From the NCBI GenBank assembly GCA_018901355.1, contig JAHIEZ010000038.1, forward strand, positions 1 to 29,023: a stretch of DNA of 29,023 nt, written 5' to 3'. Every line of letters begins with the position of its first letter. Position 1 is the first letter of the stretch. Under the pieces are notes generated by a model. The model was not told the DNA's origin. It did no database searches and saw only the letters and a list, made by a program, of their open reading frames with translations. This DNA comes from Patescibacteria group bacterium (lineage in GTDB: Bacteria > Patescibacteriota > Microgenomatia > UBA12405). Below, one piece after another: positions 6,864 through 15,920 of the stretch. The position numbers were made by a program, and so were the translations under genes.

Positions 6864-7874
6864 CTATATTATTTTTTCTTTTCTTAATCTTCCCAGGCCG
6901 GTTAGTATTACTACACTTACAACCAAACTAAAAACACCCGAAAATTGTTCCAAATAAAATTTAAATACTGATGATAGAAATATATTTATCAATAAGCCCA
7001 TTCGGAAATAATTTATTCCTCGACTTTTCTTTTTTCGCCACACCCAATAAATTCCTGCCATAAAAAAGATCGATGTTAGAAAATCAAAAAATATTTTTAA
7101 TCCAAACATCCACCCATTCCATTCTTGTGAAAATAAATATTTACCAAAAATCATCGCATCATATATTCCTCCGATTGCATAAATTAATGCCAAAACCAAC
7201 AAAAAAATCAAAGCGAATCGTTTTTTAAAAACATCATGATAGGTAAATCTTTTTATCCCCTTCCACCATCTTTGGGTCCGTCTTTCTTTTTTGTCCTCAA
7301 TCGCTTCTATTTTTACAATCAAATTTTTCAAACCGATCACAAAAAATTTAATTGCCGGATCTGTTTTTTTAGTCAAACGATTTAGTTTTTTTATCAATTC
7401 TCTCTTTTTACTTTTTCCCAAGTCTTTTTCTGTTATTTCTTCTAAATCAGCCAAAGCTTGATACAACAGCGTTTTTGGATTTTGCGCTATGTTTCTTTCC
7501 AAAAATCGGTAAAGCAAAAACATCAAAACAAAAAATATATACATCACCACAATCGCCGGTTGAAAAAAATAATCATTGTCTATCGACAAAAATTTTCCCG
7601 ACTCATCAATAAACCATCCCAATCCCCAGCCAAACCCGACCGAAGCTATTTTTTTATATTTTTGTCCATGGGTAATCAAAGCTAAAATCATTCCCCAAAG
7701 CATTAATATTCCTCCCCAAAACAAGTGAGAAATGTGCCACTTGCCTCCTCCAATTATCGGGTAAGACGTCATGTCTAAAAATAATCTTGTCAATAGCACC
7801 GTTCCTATCGCACTCACCATCATTATCAAAATCAACTCGCTTGCGTTTTGTTTAAATGGTAGTATTACCCTCAT
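6864..7874 (-). CDS. Multi-pass membrane protein of unknown function
   Basis: About 7-8 hydrophobic segments, motif 'HISHLFWGGILM' and 'GWFIDE.GKF...NDYF', central charged helical domain. Confidence 0.8.
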   Translation of the reverse strand: MRVILPFKQNASELILIMMVSAIGTVLLTRLFLDMTSYPIIGGGKWHISHLFWGGILMLWGMILALITHGQKYKKIASVGFGWGLGWFIDESGKFLSIDNDYFFQPAIVVMYIFFVLMFLLYRFLERNIAQNPKTLLYQALADLEEITEKDLGKSKKRELIKKLNRLTKKTDPAIKFFVIGLKNLIVKIEAIEDKKERRTQRWWKGIKRFTYHDVFKKRFALIFLLVLALIYAIGGIYDAMIFGKYLFSQEWNGWMFGLKIFFDFLTSIFFMAGIYWVWRKKKSRGINYFRMGLLINIFLSSVFKFYLEQFSGVFSLVVSVVILTGLGRLRKEKII

Positions 7875-7895
7875 TCTTCATTCTATACTTATTTT

Positions 7896-8516
7896 ATGTT
7901 TCTCGATTTTTTATTTCCTCCCCGTTGCTACATCTGTTCCCGTCCCGGTTCCTATTTTCATCCTCATTGTTTTTCCTATCTTGATAGTCTGCCTTTTGTT
8001 CCGCCTTCCTTTTCCGATCAGGGACGGCTCTCTCTTTTTAAATATCACGGCCCTATCCGTCGGGCTATTACTGATCTTAAATATGATTTTGTCAGCCATC
8101 TTGTTCCTGATTTTTCTTCTCTTGTTTGTCACAAATTAAAAACAGACTTTCCTAATTTACTCAAATACTGGAAAAAATTTCATTATTGTTTTGTTCCCAT
8201 TCCTCTTCACCCCAGTCGCCAGCGTTTTCGCGGCTTCAACCAATCGGCTCTGCTTGCTTCTCGTCTTGCTTCCGATCTCAAGCTTGGTTATAGTCAATCT
8301 CTGCTTCGTCCTCGTCCCACTTCTCCTCAAGCCCAGTTAAGCCGTCCGGAGCGTCTAAAAAATCTTGGCCAACCTTTTTGTCTTAATTCCCCCTCTCCTC
8401 TCCCCCAAAATATCATTCTTTTCGATGATGTCTACACCACCGGCGCCACCATTCGTGCCGCCATTATGGCTCTACCTGTTTCCACTTCTCTTTTTATTTT
8501 TACTCTGGCTTCCTAG
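7896..8516 (+). CDS. comF: ComF/GntX family phosphoribosyltransferase-like competence protein
   Basis: 'LDFLFPPRCYIC', 'VPIPLH..R...RGFNQS..LA', 'IILFDDVYTTGAT'. Confidence 0.9.
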   Translation: MFLDFLFPPRCYICSRPGSYFHPHCFSYLDSLPFVPPSFSDQGRLSLFKYHGPIRRAITDLKYDFVSHLVPDFSSLVCHKLKTDFPNLLKYWKKFHYCFVPIPLHPSRQRFRGFNQSALLASRLASDLKLGYSQSLLRPRPTSPQAQLSRPERLKNLGQPFCLNSPSPLPQNIILFDDVYTTGATIRAAIMALPVSTSLFIFTLAS

Positions 8517-9194
8517 TTAATTTCTCTGTTCCGGTACATTTCCACTGATCGTTCGGCCTTTTTTTATTTCTTCCTCGTTTTTTGGCATGACTGCCTCTTC
8601 TATTTTTGCCTCTTCCAGTATCGTTCCTTCAATTGGGGTTAGCGAGCTTAAGTAAAAATTATCCACATGTAGTCCATGTCCGGCCAACGACTCCTGCAAT
8701 TCTTCTTTAATCTCGTCTTCTATTTTAGTTCTGTCGGTTGATAGAGCCATATTTAGGGCATAATTAGTTATCACTTTTCTAATCCTGCTTCTGGTTACCG
8801 GTCTGACCACTTTGCTCACAAAATTTTCTCCTATATTCTGCCAAATTTCAGGTAGTTTCTCGGTATCAAGTTTTATCAGAACTGTCGCCTCCACCGCCAC
8901 GAACTTATTGTCAGCCGTGACCGCATTTATCACCTCATCACCCATGATCTCTTTACCATCATCTTTCAAAATCACATCTTTACTGATAGTGTATTCAATC
9001 AGCTGAGCGTTAAACAGCTTCACCCGATGAATTATCGGGATCTTAAAATGCATTCCCGGATACCACACATTCTTAATTACCCCCCTAAAAATACTGTAAA
9101 TACAGCCCACATGTCCCGGCGGCACGGTCACGATAAAACCGCCTACTACTTCGTCTACAAAAAGGGAGACTAATAAGTTGTCTATGGATGCCAT
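8517..9194 (-). CDS. SPFH/prohibitin (band 7) family protein
   Basis: 'TVPPGHVG......GV......PGMHFKIP', 'VRP..RS.IR.V', 'R.KIE.EI.EEL..SL..HGL.V'. Confidence 0.85.
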   Translation of the reverse strand: MASIDNLLVSLFVDEVVGGFIVTVPPGHVGCIYSIFRGVIKNVWYPGMHFKIPIIHRVKLFNAQLIEYTISKDVILKDDGKEIMGDEVINAVTADNKFVAVEATVLIKLDTEKLPEIWQNIGENFVSKVVRPVTRSRIRKVITNYALNMALSTDRTKIEDEIKEELQESLAGHGLHVDNFYLSSLTPIEGTILEEAKIEEAVMPKNEEEIKKGRTISGNVPEQRN

Positions 9195-9205
9195 ATATTT
9201 ATTGA

Positions 9206-9859
9206 TTATACACGGAAAGCCTCTGCCAGTTCTAGCAGTTCTTTTCGAGGATTTTTTGCTTTTACCACATCTGAAGCCACCAAAATGCCCGACGCTCCCA
9301 TTTTCAAAGCTATTTCCACATCTTTTGCTTCATGTACTCCGGCTCCTGCCAGCACCGGTATCGGTTTTAAAATTTTAACCATTTTTTCAATCATTTTCGG
9401 TTCTTCGCTTGCCACCGACTTCTCTTTATTTCCAATCAAATATTTTGGTTCATAAGCCACAAAATCGGTTTTTAAATTTTTTGCCCAACCCTCAATTTGT
9501 CCCAGGCTTTGCAAACACAGTACCGACACAAAATCTTTTGGCCAGTCAGCTAGCATTTTTCTGATTGTCCCCGGTTTTTTCCGGCATTCCGAGTGATTGA
9601 TTAGACTACCGTCTATCCCCAACGCCTTAGCCGCTTTTGCCGACACATTCCCCGTTTTTGCTCCTTCCATATATTCCCCCACATCCTGCAAAAATACTCT
9701 TCTTTTGGTTATTTCTTTCACTCTCAAAGCATCCAACGCTCCCACTACCGGTATTATTTCCACTCCACTCTTTTTGCTTACCTCCAGACAAATCTTTGCC
9801 AAATCTATCGCTTTTTTACCAAAACTTTCTTCATAAACTTTAAAATTTACCAATATCAT
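9206..9859 (-). CDS. tpiA: Triosephosphate isomerase, short archaeal-type
   Basis: 217 aa; 'VNFK', 'GAKTG', 'GSLINHSE', 'VAYEP..LIG', 'LAGAGV', 'GILVASDVVKA'. Confidence 0.9.
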   Translation of the reverse strand: MILVNFKVYEESFGKKAIDLAKICLEVSKKSGVEIIPVVGALDALRVKEITKRRVFLQDVGEYMEGAKTGNVSAKAAKALGIDGSLINHSECRKKPGTIRKMLADWPKDFVSVLCLQSLGQIEGWAKNLKTDFVAYEPKYLIGNKEKSVASEEPKMIEKMVKILKPIPVLAGAGVHEAKDVEIALKMGASGILVASDVVKAKNPRKELLELAEAFRV

Positions 9860-9862
9860 TTT

Positions 9863-11314
9863 TTAATTATTTAATTTATATTTGCTGGTCGTCTGAGCTA
9901 TTCCGTTCAGCAGATCCGGTAAGACCTTATCTACCGTTGCTCTATTTATTACCACTCCGTTTATGGCATTTTTAAAATAAGTATTCATTTCGTCGTTTAA
10001 GCCGTCATCAAAAGTTCGCGAACTGGTAAAACCGCAAGACGCTTGGTCCGCCGCTTCTACAAAAGCTTTTATCTTAGGATTACTCGCCAAAGCCTCGGCC
10101 ATACTTTTTCTCGGACTGATTTCTCCAAAAGCCCTAATCTGTGACGCCGTTTTATTCATCAAATCCAAACCCTCCTGCGAAGCCAAATAAGTCAAAAAAG
10201 TAAAAGCCGCTTCTTTTTTTTCGCTTTTATTGTTAACTGCTTCCACCCAATAACTGGCCCAATGAATATCCGTCAACCCCTCTCCTCCACTGGTATTTAT
10301 TGGCAATTGAGGCACTTTCATAATGCCATAATCAAGATCTGGTGTCATTTCTCCCAAGTTAAACACTCTCCAAGCCGGGGCAAAATAAAAAGCCAAATTA
10401 CCGCTGGCAAATAGCTGAGTAGAGTTGGGCAAATCTGCATCCCAAGTTTTTCCGTCGGCAAACAAGGTGTAAAAAGTCAGCACTGTTTTCAGTTTTTCTG
10501 CAAAAGCCACATCTTGTTTTTTAATATCTGCTCCATTTTGTTTCATCATCAGTCCCACAATATCACTCCAATGATCCACGTTTTCTGTCGTTCCCATTGC
10601 CACCCCTGCCACTTTAATCTTTCCCCGTTCGTCTTTGACTGTTAATTTTTCCGCCGTACTTTTAAATTCCAGCCAACTTTCCGGCAATTTCACTCCGGCC
10701 GCCTCAATCAGTTTTTTGTTATAAAAAAGCGACAAACCATCATACATTATTGGTACGGCCATAAAAGAGCCGTCCTTTTTTAGATCCCTTTTGTAAACTT
10801 CAAAAAAATCTTCTTCCATCCCTATTTTATCCGTCACTCTTTTTGGTATCGGTGCCAAATAATCACTAAACATCGGCAACCAGCTGGCATGAATTCTAAA
10901 AATATCCGGTACCTCCTCCGTTCCGCCTTCCTTTTTCAATCTTCCCGCTAGTCGGCTTCTGTAATTATCATAAGAATTTTTACTGTAATTTATTTTAATA
11001 TTGGGATTTTTAGCTTCAAAGTCAGCTATTACTCCAGCCATCACACTTTCTTCCTCCCACAAACCCCAATAATTTAGGGTCACTATTTTTCCGCTTTTAA
11101 CACTTCCATCCCCCAACATTTTAATTACCAAAACTATTACTATTATTACCACCGCTATTCCTCCGCCTATCATCCATTTGGGCAAATTCTTTTTTTCCGT
11201 CTTTTTTTCAGAACTGACCACTTTTTCCGCTTCTTTTTTTTCCTCCTCTTCCTCCTTATCCAAACCCAACGGTACTCTTGAAGGCAACGGAGATTTTATT
11301 TCACTTAAGTTCAC
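9863..11314 (-). CDS. Carbohydrate-type extracellular solute-binding protein with a TM anchor
   Basis: TM 'WMIGGGIAVVIIVIVLVI', 'FEAKNPNIKI', 'PDIFRIH..W', 'AVPI..D.L.LFYNK', 'F.SG.LA....PAW'. GTG start. Confidence 0.85.
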   Translation of the reverse strand: MNLSEIKSPLPSRVPLGLDKEEEEEKKEAEKVVSSEKKTEKKNLPKWMIGGGIAVVIIVIVLVIKMLGDGSVKSGKIVTLNYWGLWEEESVMAGVIADFEAKNPNIKINYSKNSYDNYRSRLAGRLKKEGGTEEVPDIFRIHASWLPMFSDYLAPIPKRVTDKIGMEEDFFEVYKRDLKKDGSFMAVPIMYDGLSLFYNKKLIEAAGVKLPESWLEFKSTAEKLTVKDERGKIKVAGVAMGTTENVDHWSDIVGLMMKQNGADIKKQDVAFAEKLKTVLTFYTLFADGKTWDADLPNSTQLFASGNLAFYFAPAWRVFNLGEMTPDLDYGIMKVPQLPINTSGGEGLTDIHWASYWVEAVNNKSEKKEAAFTFLTYLASQEGLDLMNKTASQIRAFGEISPRKSMAEALASNPKIKAFVEAADQASCGFTSSRTFDDGLNDEMNTYFKNAINGVVINRATVDKVLPDLLNGIAQTTSKYKLNN

Positions 11315-11373
11315 TCTTATATCATACCAACATTTCTCTTTTTAATCACAAGCCTAGCTGGTAAAATAAAGCC

Positions 11374-12111
11374 ATGTCACCTTTTTGGTCCAGTTTTATC
11401 GCAGTTTTTGCGATTAGTTTTTTGTCTCTTTTTTTAGCCCTTATTCTTGTCAGTCAAAAAAAATCCTTGCCCCGTCTCAGTCAATTTTTAGTTAGCTTGG
11501 CCGTTGGTTCTTTACTGGGAGATGCCTTCATCCATCTTATTCCTGAGTCTTTTGAGCATCTTTCTTCTGCCAGTTTTTCTTTACTGCTTAGTTTAGGTTT
11601 TTTCCTCTTTTTTATTTTAGAAAAAACTCTTTGTTGGCATCACTGTTCTCCTTTGGAAAACCATCAGCACCGCCATCCTATTGTGGCCGTCAACTTAGCC
11701 ACCGACTCGCTTCACAATTTTATTGATGGTCTTATTATTGCTTCCTCTTTTTCTGTCAATTTCTCCCTTGGTTTGGCCACCAGTTTAGCGGTGCTTTTTC
11801 ATGAAATTCCTCAGGAGATAGGGGATTTTGGTATTTTTATTCATCAGGGTCTTTCCCCCCTTAGAGCTCTTTTTCTCAATTTACTTTCTGCCCTGACCGC
11901 CTTTCTTGGTGTCTTTCTCCTTTTTTTGCTTGGTCCTACCGTTGCCAATTTGGCCGATTTTCTTCTGCCTTTTACTGCCGGTGGTTTTATCTATTTGGCC
12001 GCCTCTGATCTTGTCCCTCTGCTTCACTCTCATTCCGGTTCTCCCTCCTCCGATTTCCTTCAATTTTTTTTCATCAGCCTCGGTCTTTCCATTATGTTCC
12101 TGTTATCATAA
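11374..12111 (+). CDS. ZIP family divalent metal transporter
   Basis: 'GSLLGDAFIHLIPE', His-rich loop, 'DSLHNFIDG', 'HEIPQEIGDF', 'GGFIYLA.SDL.P'. Confidence 0.92.
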   Translation: MSPFWSSFIAVFAISFLSLFLALILVSQKKSLPRLSQFLVSLAVGSLLGDAFIHLIPESFEHLSSASFSLLLSLGFFLFFILEKTLCWHHCSPLENHQHRHPIVAVNLATDSLHNFIDGLIIASSFSVNFSLGLATSLAVLFHEIPQEIGDFGIFIHQGLSPLRALFLNLLSALTAFLGVFLLFLLGPTVANLADFLLPFTAGGFIYLAASDLVPLLHSHSGSPSSDFLQFFFISLGLSIMFLLS

Positions 12112-12114
12112 ACC

Positions 12115-12528
12115 ATGGAAGTTTCAATTTATACTGATGGCGGGGCTAGGGGCAATCCCGGCATTTCCGGTTTTGGTTTGGTGGTTTTAGATCAATCTCA
12201 AAAAATTATTCACCAACAGTCTCAATTTCTTGGTATTAAAACTAACAATGAAGCCGAATACCTTGGTCTGATTGCCGCTCTTACTTGGTTAAAAGACAAT
12301 TATGATTCTCTCTCTATTACCCAAGCCAACTATTACTCCGACTCCCAGCTTTTAGTTAGACAAATTAAAGGTAGCTATAAAGTTAAAGCCCAAAATCTTT
12401 TACCTCTTTTTCTTTCCGCCAAAACTCTTTTGTCCCAAATTCCCATCCCTTTTCATCCTCAGGATATTCGTCGCCACCACAATCAACTGGCCGACTCTCT
12501 TGCCAATCAGGCCATGGATAGGCGTTAA
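12115..12528 (+). CDS. rnhA: Ribonuclease HI family
   Basis: 'YTDGGARGNPG', 'TNNEAEY', 'YSDSQLLVRQ..G.YKVK', 'N..ADSLANQAMD'. Confidence 0.9.
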   Translation: MEVSIYTDGGARGNPGISGFGLVVLDQSQKIIHQQSQFLGIKTNNEAEYLGLIAALTWLKDNYDSLSITQANYYSDSQLLVRQIKGSYKVKAQNLLPLFLSAKTLLSQIPIPFHPQDIRRHHNQLADSLANQAMDRR

Positions 12529-12533
12529 CCACC

Positions 12534-14243
12534 ATGAAAAACAAAAATTCTGTTTTTTATTTTTTTGCCCTCAGTTTTTTTCTTTTTTCTTTACTCTGTT
12601 TTTTTCTCCGTTTTTCTTTTCAACTCACTCCGCCCCAAACTTTTCTTTTGCAAACAGATTTTTCCCGTCTTAGTCCTGATCAGGTCAACCAAATTATGAA
12701 ATCAGATTTTTCTTTATTTACCGACCTTTCTCTTACTTCTTCAGAAGTTACTTTTTCTTTTCAACCGGCTTCAATTTCCGCCAAAATCAATTATCCCCAA
12801 ACTGGCCAGCAACTTTTTTTTCAATACGACTCGGCTTTCTCTTTCTTTTCTCAAGTTAAAAGATTTTTTTCACCTCAGCATTATTCACTTATTGTCGATT
12901 ACGATTCCCTGTCTTTTGACATCTTTCTGGCTGGTCTTTCAGCTCAGGTTAACCAAGCTTTTCTCCCCGCCAGGCTTGAGCTCAAACAAGGTCGAATTTC
13001 TTTTGTCCCCGGTCAGCTGGGTCAGCTTTTAAACATTGCCTTTCTTCGCCAAACCCTTCTCAATCGTCTAGCCCAAAATGACTCATCTCCTCTGGATTTA
13101 CCTCTGGAAACTCTTGGTCGCCTGCCTACTGAAGACGACATTTCCGCTCTCAGTCAAAAAGCCCAAAAATTAATTGGTAAATCTCTGATTTTGACCGGAG
13201 ATCTACCCGATATTATTGTTGATGATCAAACTCTCACCTCTTGGCTGGATTTTTTTTCAGAGGATAATTCCGAGATGATTAAACAATATGTTCACTCTTT
13301 GTCTCAGACGGTTAAAAAAGACCCCGTTAATGCCGTTTTTCAGTTTGAAGACAACAAAATCGTTGAATTTCGTCCTTCCCAAAACGGCTTTTCTCTTTTA
13401 GAAGATGATCTTTCCTCTTCTCTTGCCACTTACCTCAATCGCCTTATCGCCACCGACTCTGCCTCTCTTTCTTTCGCTCTTCCTCTTATTTCTGCTCCGC
13501 CCCTAGTTCGTACCCAAGATGCCAACAATCTCGGCATCAAAGAACTTTTAGGCCGGGGCACTTCCACCTTCAAGCACAGCTCTGCCATCAGAAACAAAAA
13601 CATCCAAAAAGGTTCTTCTGTTGTCAATCATATTTTAGTTCCTCCCGGTTCTACCTTTTCTTTTTTAGAAGCCTTAGGTGATGTTACCCTGGAAACCGGT
13701 TATCAAAAAGCCTATATCATCCGTCAGGGTAAAACAGAACTTGATGTTGGTGGCGGTATTTGCCAAATTTCTACCACTTTTTTTCGGGCTATGCTGGATA
13801 GTGGGGTAGATATTATCGAACGTCGCCCCCATGCTTTTCGGGTTAGTTACTATGAAGAGGACAGACCTCCCGGTTATGATGCCACTGTTTTTATTCCCAA
13901 TCCTGATCTTAAATTCAAAAACGACACTCCGGCTCACATTCTTATTCAAAGCACCTATGACGGAGACAACAAAATTCTCACCTATGAATTTTATGGTACT
14001 TCCGATGGTCGGCAAGTAGAAATAAAAAACTACAAACAATGGGGTTGGCAAGCCCCTCCCGAAACCCGTTACATTGACGACCCCACCTTACCACCGGGCA
14101 AATTGGTTAGAGAGGAAACCGCCGTTCCCGGCATCAAAACCTCTTTTGATTGGTTGGTCACCCGAGGTGACGAAATTCTCCATCAGCAAACATTCCAAAG
14201 CAATTATGTTCCCTGGGCCGCCGTCTTCCGCCGTGGAGTTTAG
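12534..14243 (+). CDS. VanW-domain protein with N-terminal anchor and peptidoglycan-binding-like region
   Basis: 'R..NI..G...V....V.PG.TFSF...LG', 'GGGICQISTT.FRA.L..G..I.ER..H', 'G.DAT.....DLKFKN'. Confidence 0.9.
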   Translation: MKNKNSVFYFFALSFFLFSLLCFFLRFSFQLTPPQTFLLQTDFSRLSPDQVNQIMKSDFSLFTDLSLTSSEVTFSFQPASISAKINYPQTGQQLFFQYDSAFSFFSQVKRFFSPQHYSLIVDYDSLSFDIFLAGLSAQVNQAFLPARLELKQGRISFVPGQLGQLLNIAFLRQTLLNRLAQNDSSPLDLPLETLGRLPTEDDISALSQKAQKLIGKSLILTGDLPDIIVDDQTLTSWLDFFSEDNSEMIKQYVHSLSQTVKKDPVNAVFQFEDNKIVEFRPSQNGFSLLEDDLSSSLATYLNRLIATDSASLSFALPLISAPPLVRTQDANNLGIKELLGRGTSTFKHSSAIRNKNIQKGSSVVNHILVPPGSTFSFLEALGDVTLETGYQKAYIIRQGKTELDVGGGICQISTTFFRAMLDSGVDIIERRPHAFRVSYYEEDRPPGYDATVFIPNPDLKFKNDTPAHILIQSTYDGDNKILTYEFYGTSDGRQVEIKNYKQWGWQAPPETRYIDDPTLPPGKLVREETAVPGIKTSFDWLVTRGDEILHQQTFQSNYVPWAAVFRRGV

Positions 14244-14245
14244 TT

Positions 14246-15274
14246 TTATAATTTTGCCCTTGGTTCTCTGTCCAGTTTGCTAATGTTTTTTACAAACTCA
14301 CCCCTTTTAGCTTTATAATACGCCACCACTCCGATCATGGCCGCGTTGTCTGTATTTAATTTTTTACTCCAAGGCAAATACAGAGGTAGATTTCTCTTTT
14401 TTGCCAATTTTTTCAATCTTTTTCTTAAATTTTGATTAGCCATCACTCCGCCACTGGCCATCAGGCTTTTTGGGCAGTAGTAGTCAACTGCCTTTTCAAA
14501 ACGGATTAGTAAGCTGTCAAATACTGCTTCCTGAAAACTGGCCGCCAAATTGGCAAAATTTTTGCCAATTTTTTCTTTACTCCAATCTTTAATTTGGTAG
14601 TAAAAACTGGTTTTTAGTCCCGAAAAAGAATAGTCAAAGCCTTTCCTACCCTTCATTGGTCGGGGCAAATCCAAAAATTTTTCATCGCCTTTTTCCGCCA
14701 ATCTCTCAATTATCGCTCCTCCTGGATATCCCAGTCCCATCAATTTTGAAGCCTTATCTAGTGCTTCTCCTGCCGCATCGTCCAGCGTTTCTCCTTTTAC
14801 TTCATATTTTCCTATTTTTTTCATTAGCACAATCTTGCTGTGTCCCCCCGATACCGTCAACACCAAGGCCGGTAGCTCTATTTTTCTTTCCGGTTTGCCC
14901 CGACTGTTTTTCAAAAAATTACTCAAAATATGTCCCTCAATATGATTGACCGCCACCAATTTTTTCTTGTATTTTTTGGCCAAGTCTTTGGCTTTTTCTA
15001 TTCCCACCCCCAAAGCTACCGCCAAGCCCGGTCCATAAGTTATCCCGATTAGATCAATTTCTTCTATTTTTACCCGGGCTCTTTTTAAAGCCTCCTCCAC
15101 TATCGGTCCGATTTTTTCTTCATGAGCTCTTTTGGCCAAGTTTGGTACTACTCCTCCCCATTTGGCGTGCAAGTCAATTTGAGAAGAAATTACGTCGCTC
15201 AGTATTCGGTCTCCGTCCAATACTGCCGCACAAGTATCGTCACAACTGGTTTCAATTGCCAAAATCTTTTTCAT
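14246..15274 (-). CDS. tsaD: tRNA t6A37 threonylcarbamoyltransferase
   Basis: 'LAIETSCDDT', 'GGVVP..A.R.H', 'TYGPGL..AL.VG', 'NHIEGH', 'VSGGH', 'TLDDAAGEALDK', 'SFSGLK', 'TDNAAMI'. Confidence 0.96.
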   Translation of the reverse strand: MKKILAIETSCDDTCAAVLDGDRILSDVISSQIDLHAKWGGVVPNLAKRAHEEKIGPIVEEALKRARVKIEEIDLIGITYGPGLAVALGVGIEKAKDLAKKYKKKLVAVNHIEGHILSNFLKNSRGKPERKIELPALVLTVSGGHSKIVLMKKIGKYEVKGETLDDAAGEALDKASKLMGLGYPGGAIIERLAEKGDEKFLDLPRPMKGRKGFDYSFSGLKTSFYYQIKDWSKEKIGKNFANLAASFQEAVFDSLLIRFEKAVDYYCPKSLMASGGVMANQNLRKRLKKLAKKRNLPLYLPWSKKLNTDNAAMIGVVAYYKAKRGEFVKNISKLDREPRAKL

Positions 15275-15290
15275 TTGTGTATTATAAATT
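15275..15290. promoter_or_regulatory. 16-bp divergent intergenic region with overlapping -10 hexamers
   Basis: Minus TATAAT (15286-15281), 6 nt before tsaD ATG; plus TATTAT (15280-15285), 5 nt before ATG15291. Confidence 0.5.
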
Positions 15291-15917
15291 ATGGACGCAA
15301 ATAGGTCTGATCTAAATAATTTGGGTAAAAAGCCACCTTATCTTCTTTTGTCTTTTCTTTTTTTAGCTCTTACCGGTACTCTCCTTTTTTTCTTTCTAAA
15401 AATTTATACCCCATTTTCCGCCAAAACTCCTCCCGCCACCCCCACTTCAGCCATTCTCCCTCCCATTCCCACCATCGAGTCCCGTCCCAGTTATGATCTC
15501 GAGCCACCCCCCAGCTCTTTCCCTCTTCCCACTTCTATTCCTACCCTTACCCCTGTTGCCACTCCCACCCATCTTTCCTTTTCCAGCTCCGAAGATGCTT
15601 TTAGTCTGCAATATTCTCTGGACTACTCTCTTTCTCAAGATGAAACTTCCTCCGGTCGCCGTTATGCCTTTTATTCTCAGGAGGCCTCTATCACTGTTCA
15701 TGTCGGCGATACTTGGTCCTGGTCTCATCCCGGTCGTCAATTTAGCCCTGAGTTCCAAGTCAATGGAGTTGATGCCTTCCGCTACGATATCAATCTTCAA
15801 ACCATCGTCGATGTTGAAAAAGATGGCCGGAAATATACCGTTCAATGTGTCCACAACGGCAAAGACGAGCCAAAAGCCGACTGCGAAACCCTTCTCTCCT
15901 CCTTCCGTTTTCTCTAG
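15291..15917 (+). CDS. Membrane-anchored surface protein: Pro/Thr-rich stalk and PsbP-like domain
   Basis: TM helix, P/T-rich linker, 'FSLQYS..Y', 'V.G..A', terminal 'LLSSFRF'. Confidence 0.7.
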   Translation: MDANRSDLNNLGKKPPYLLLSFLFLALTGTLLFFFLKIYTPFSAKTPPATPTSAILPPIPTIESRPSYDLEPPPSSFPLPTSIPTLTPVATPTHLSFSSSEDAFSLQYSLDYSLSQDETSSGRRYAFYSQEASITVHVGDTWSWSHPGRQFSPEFQVNGVDAFRYDINLQTIVDVEKDGRKYTVQCVHNGKDEPKADCETLLSSFRFL

Positions 15918-15920
15918 CCT

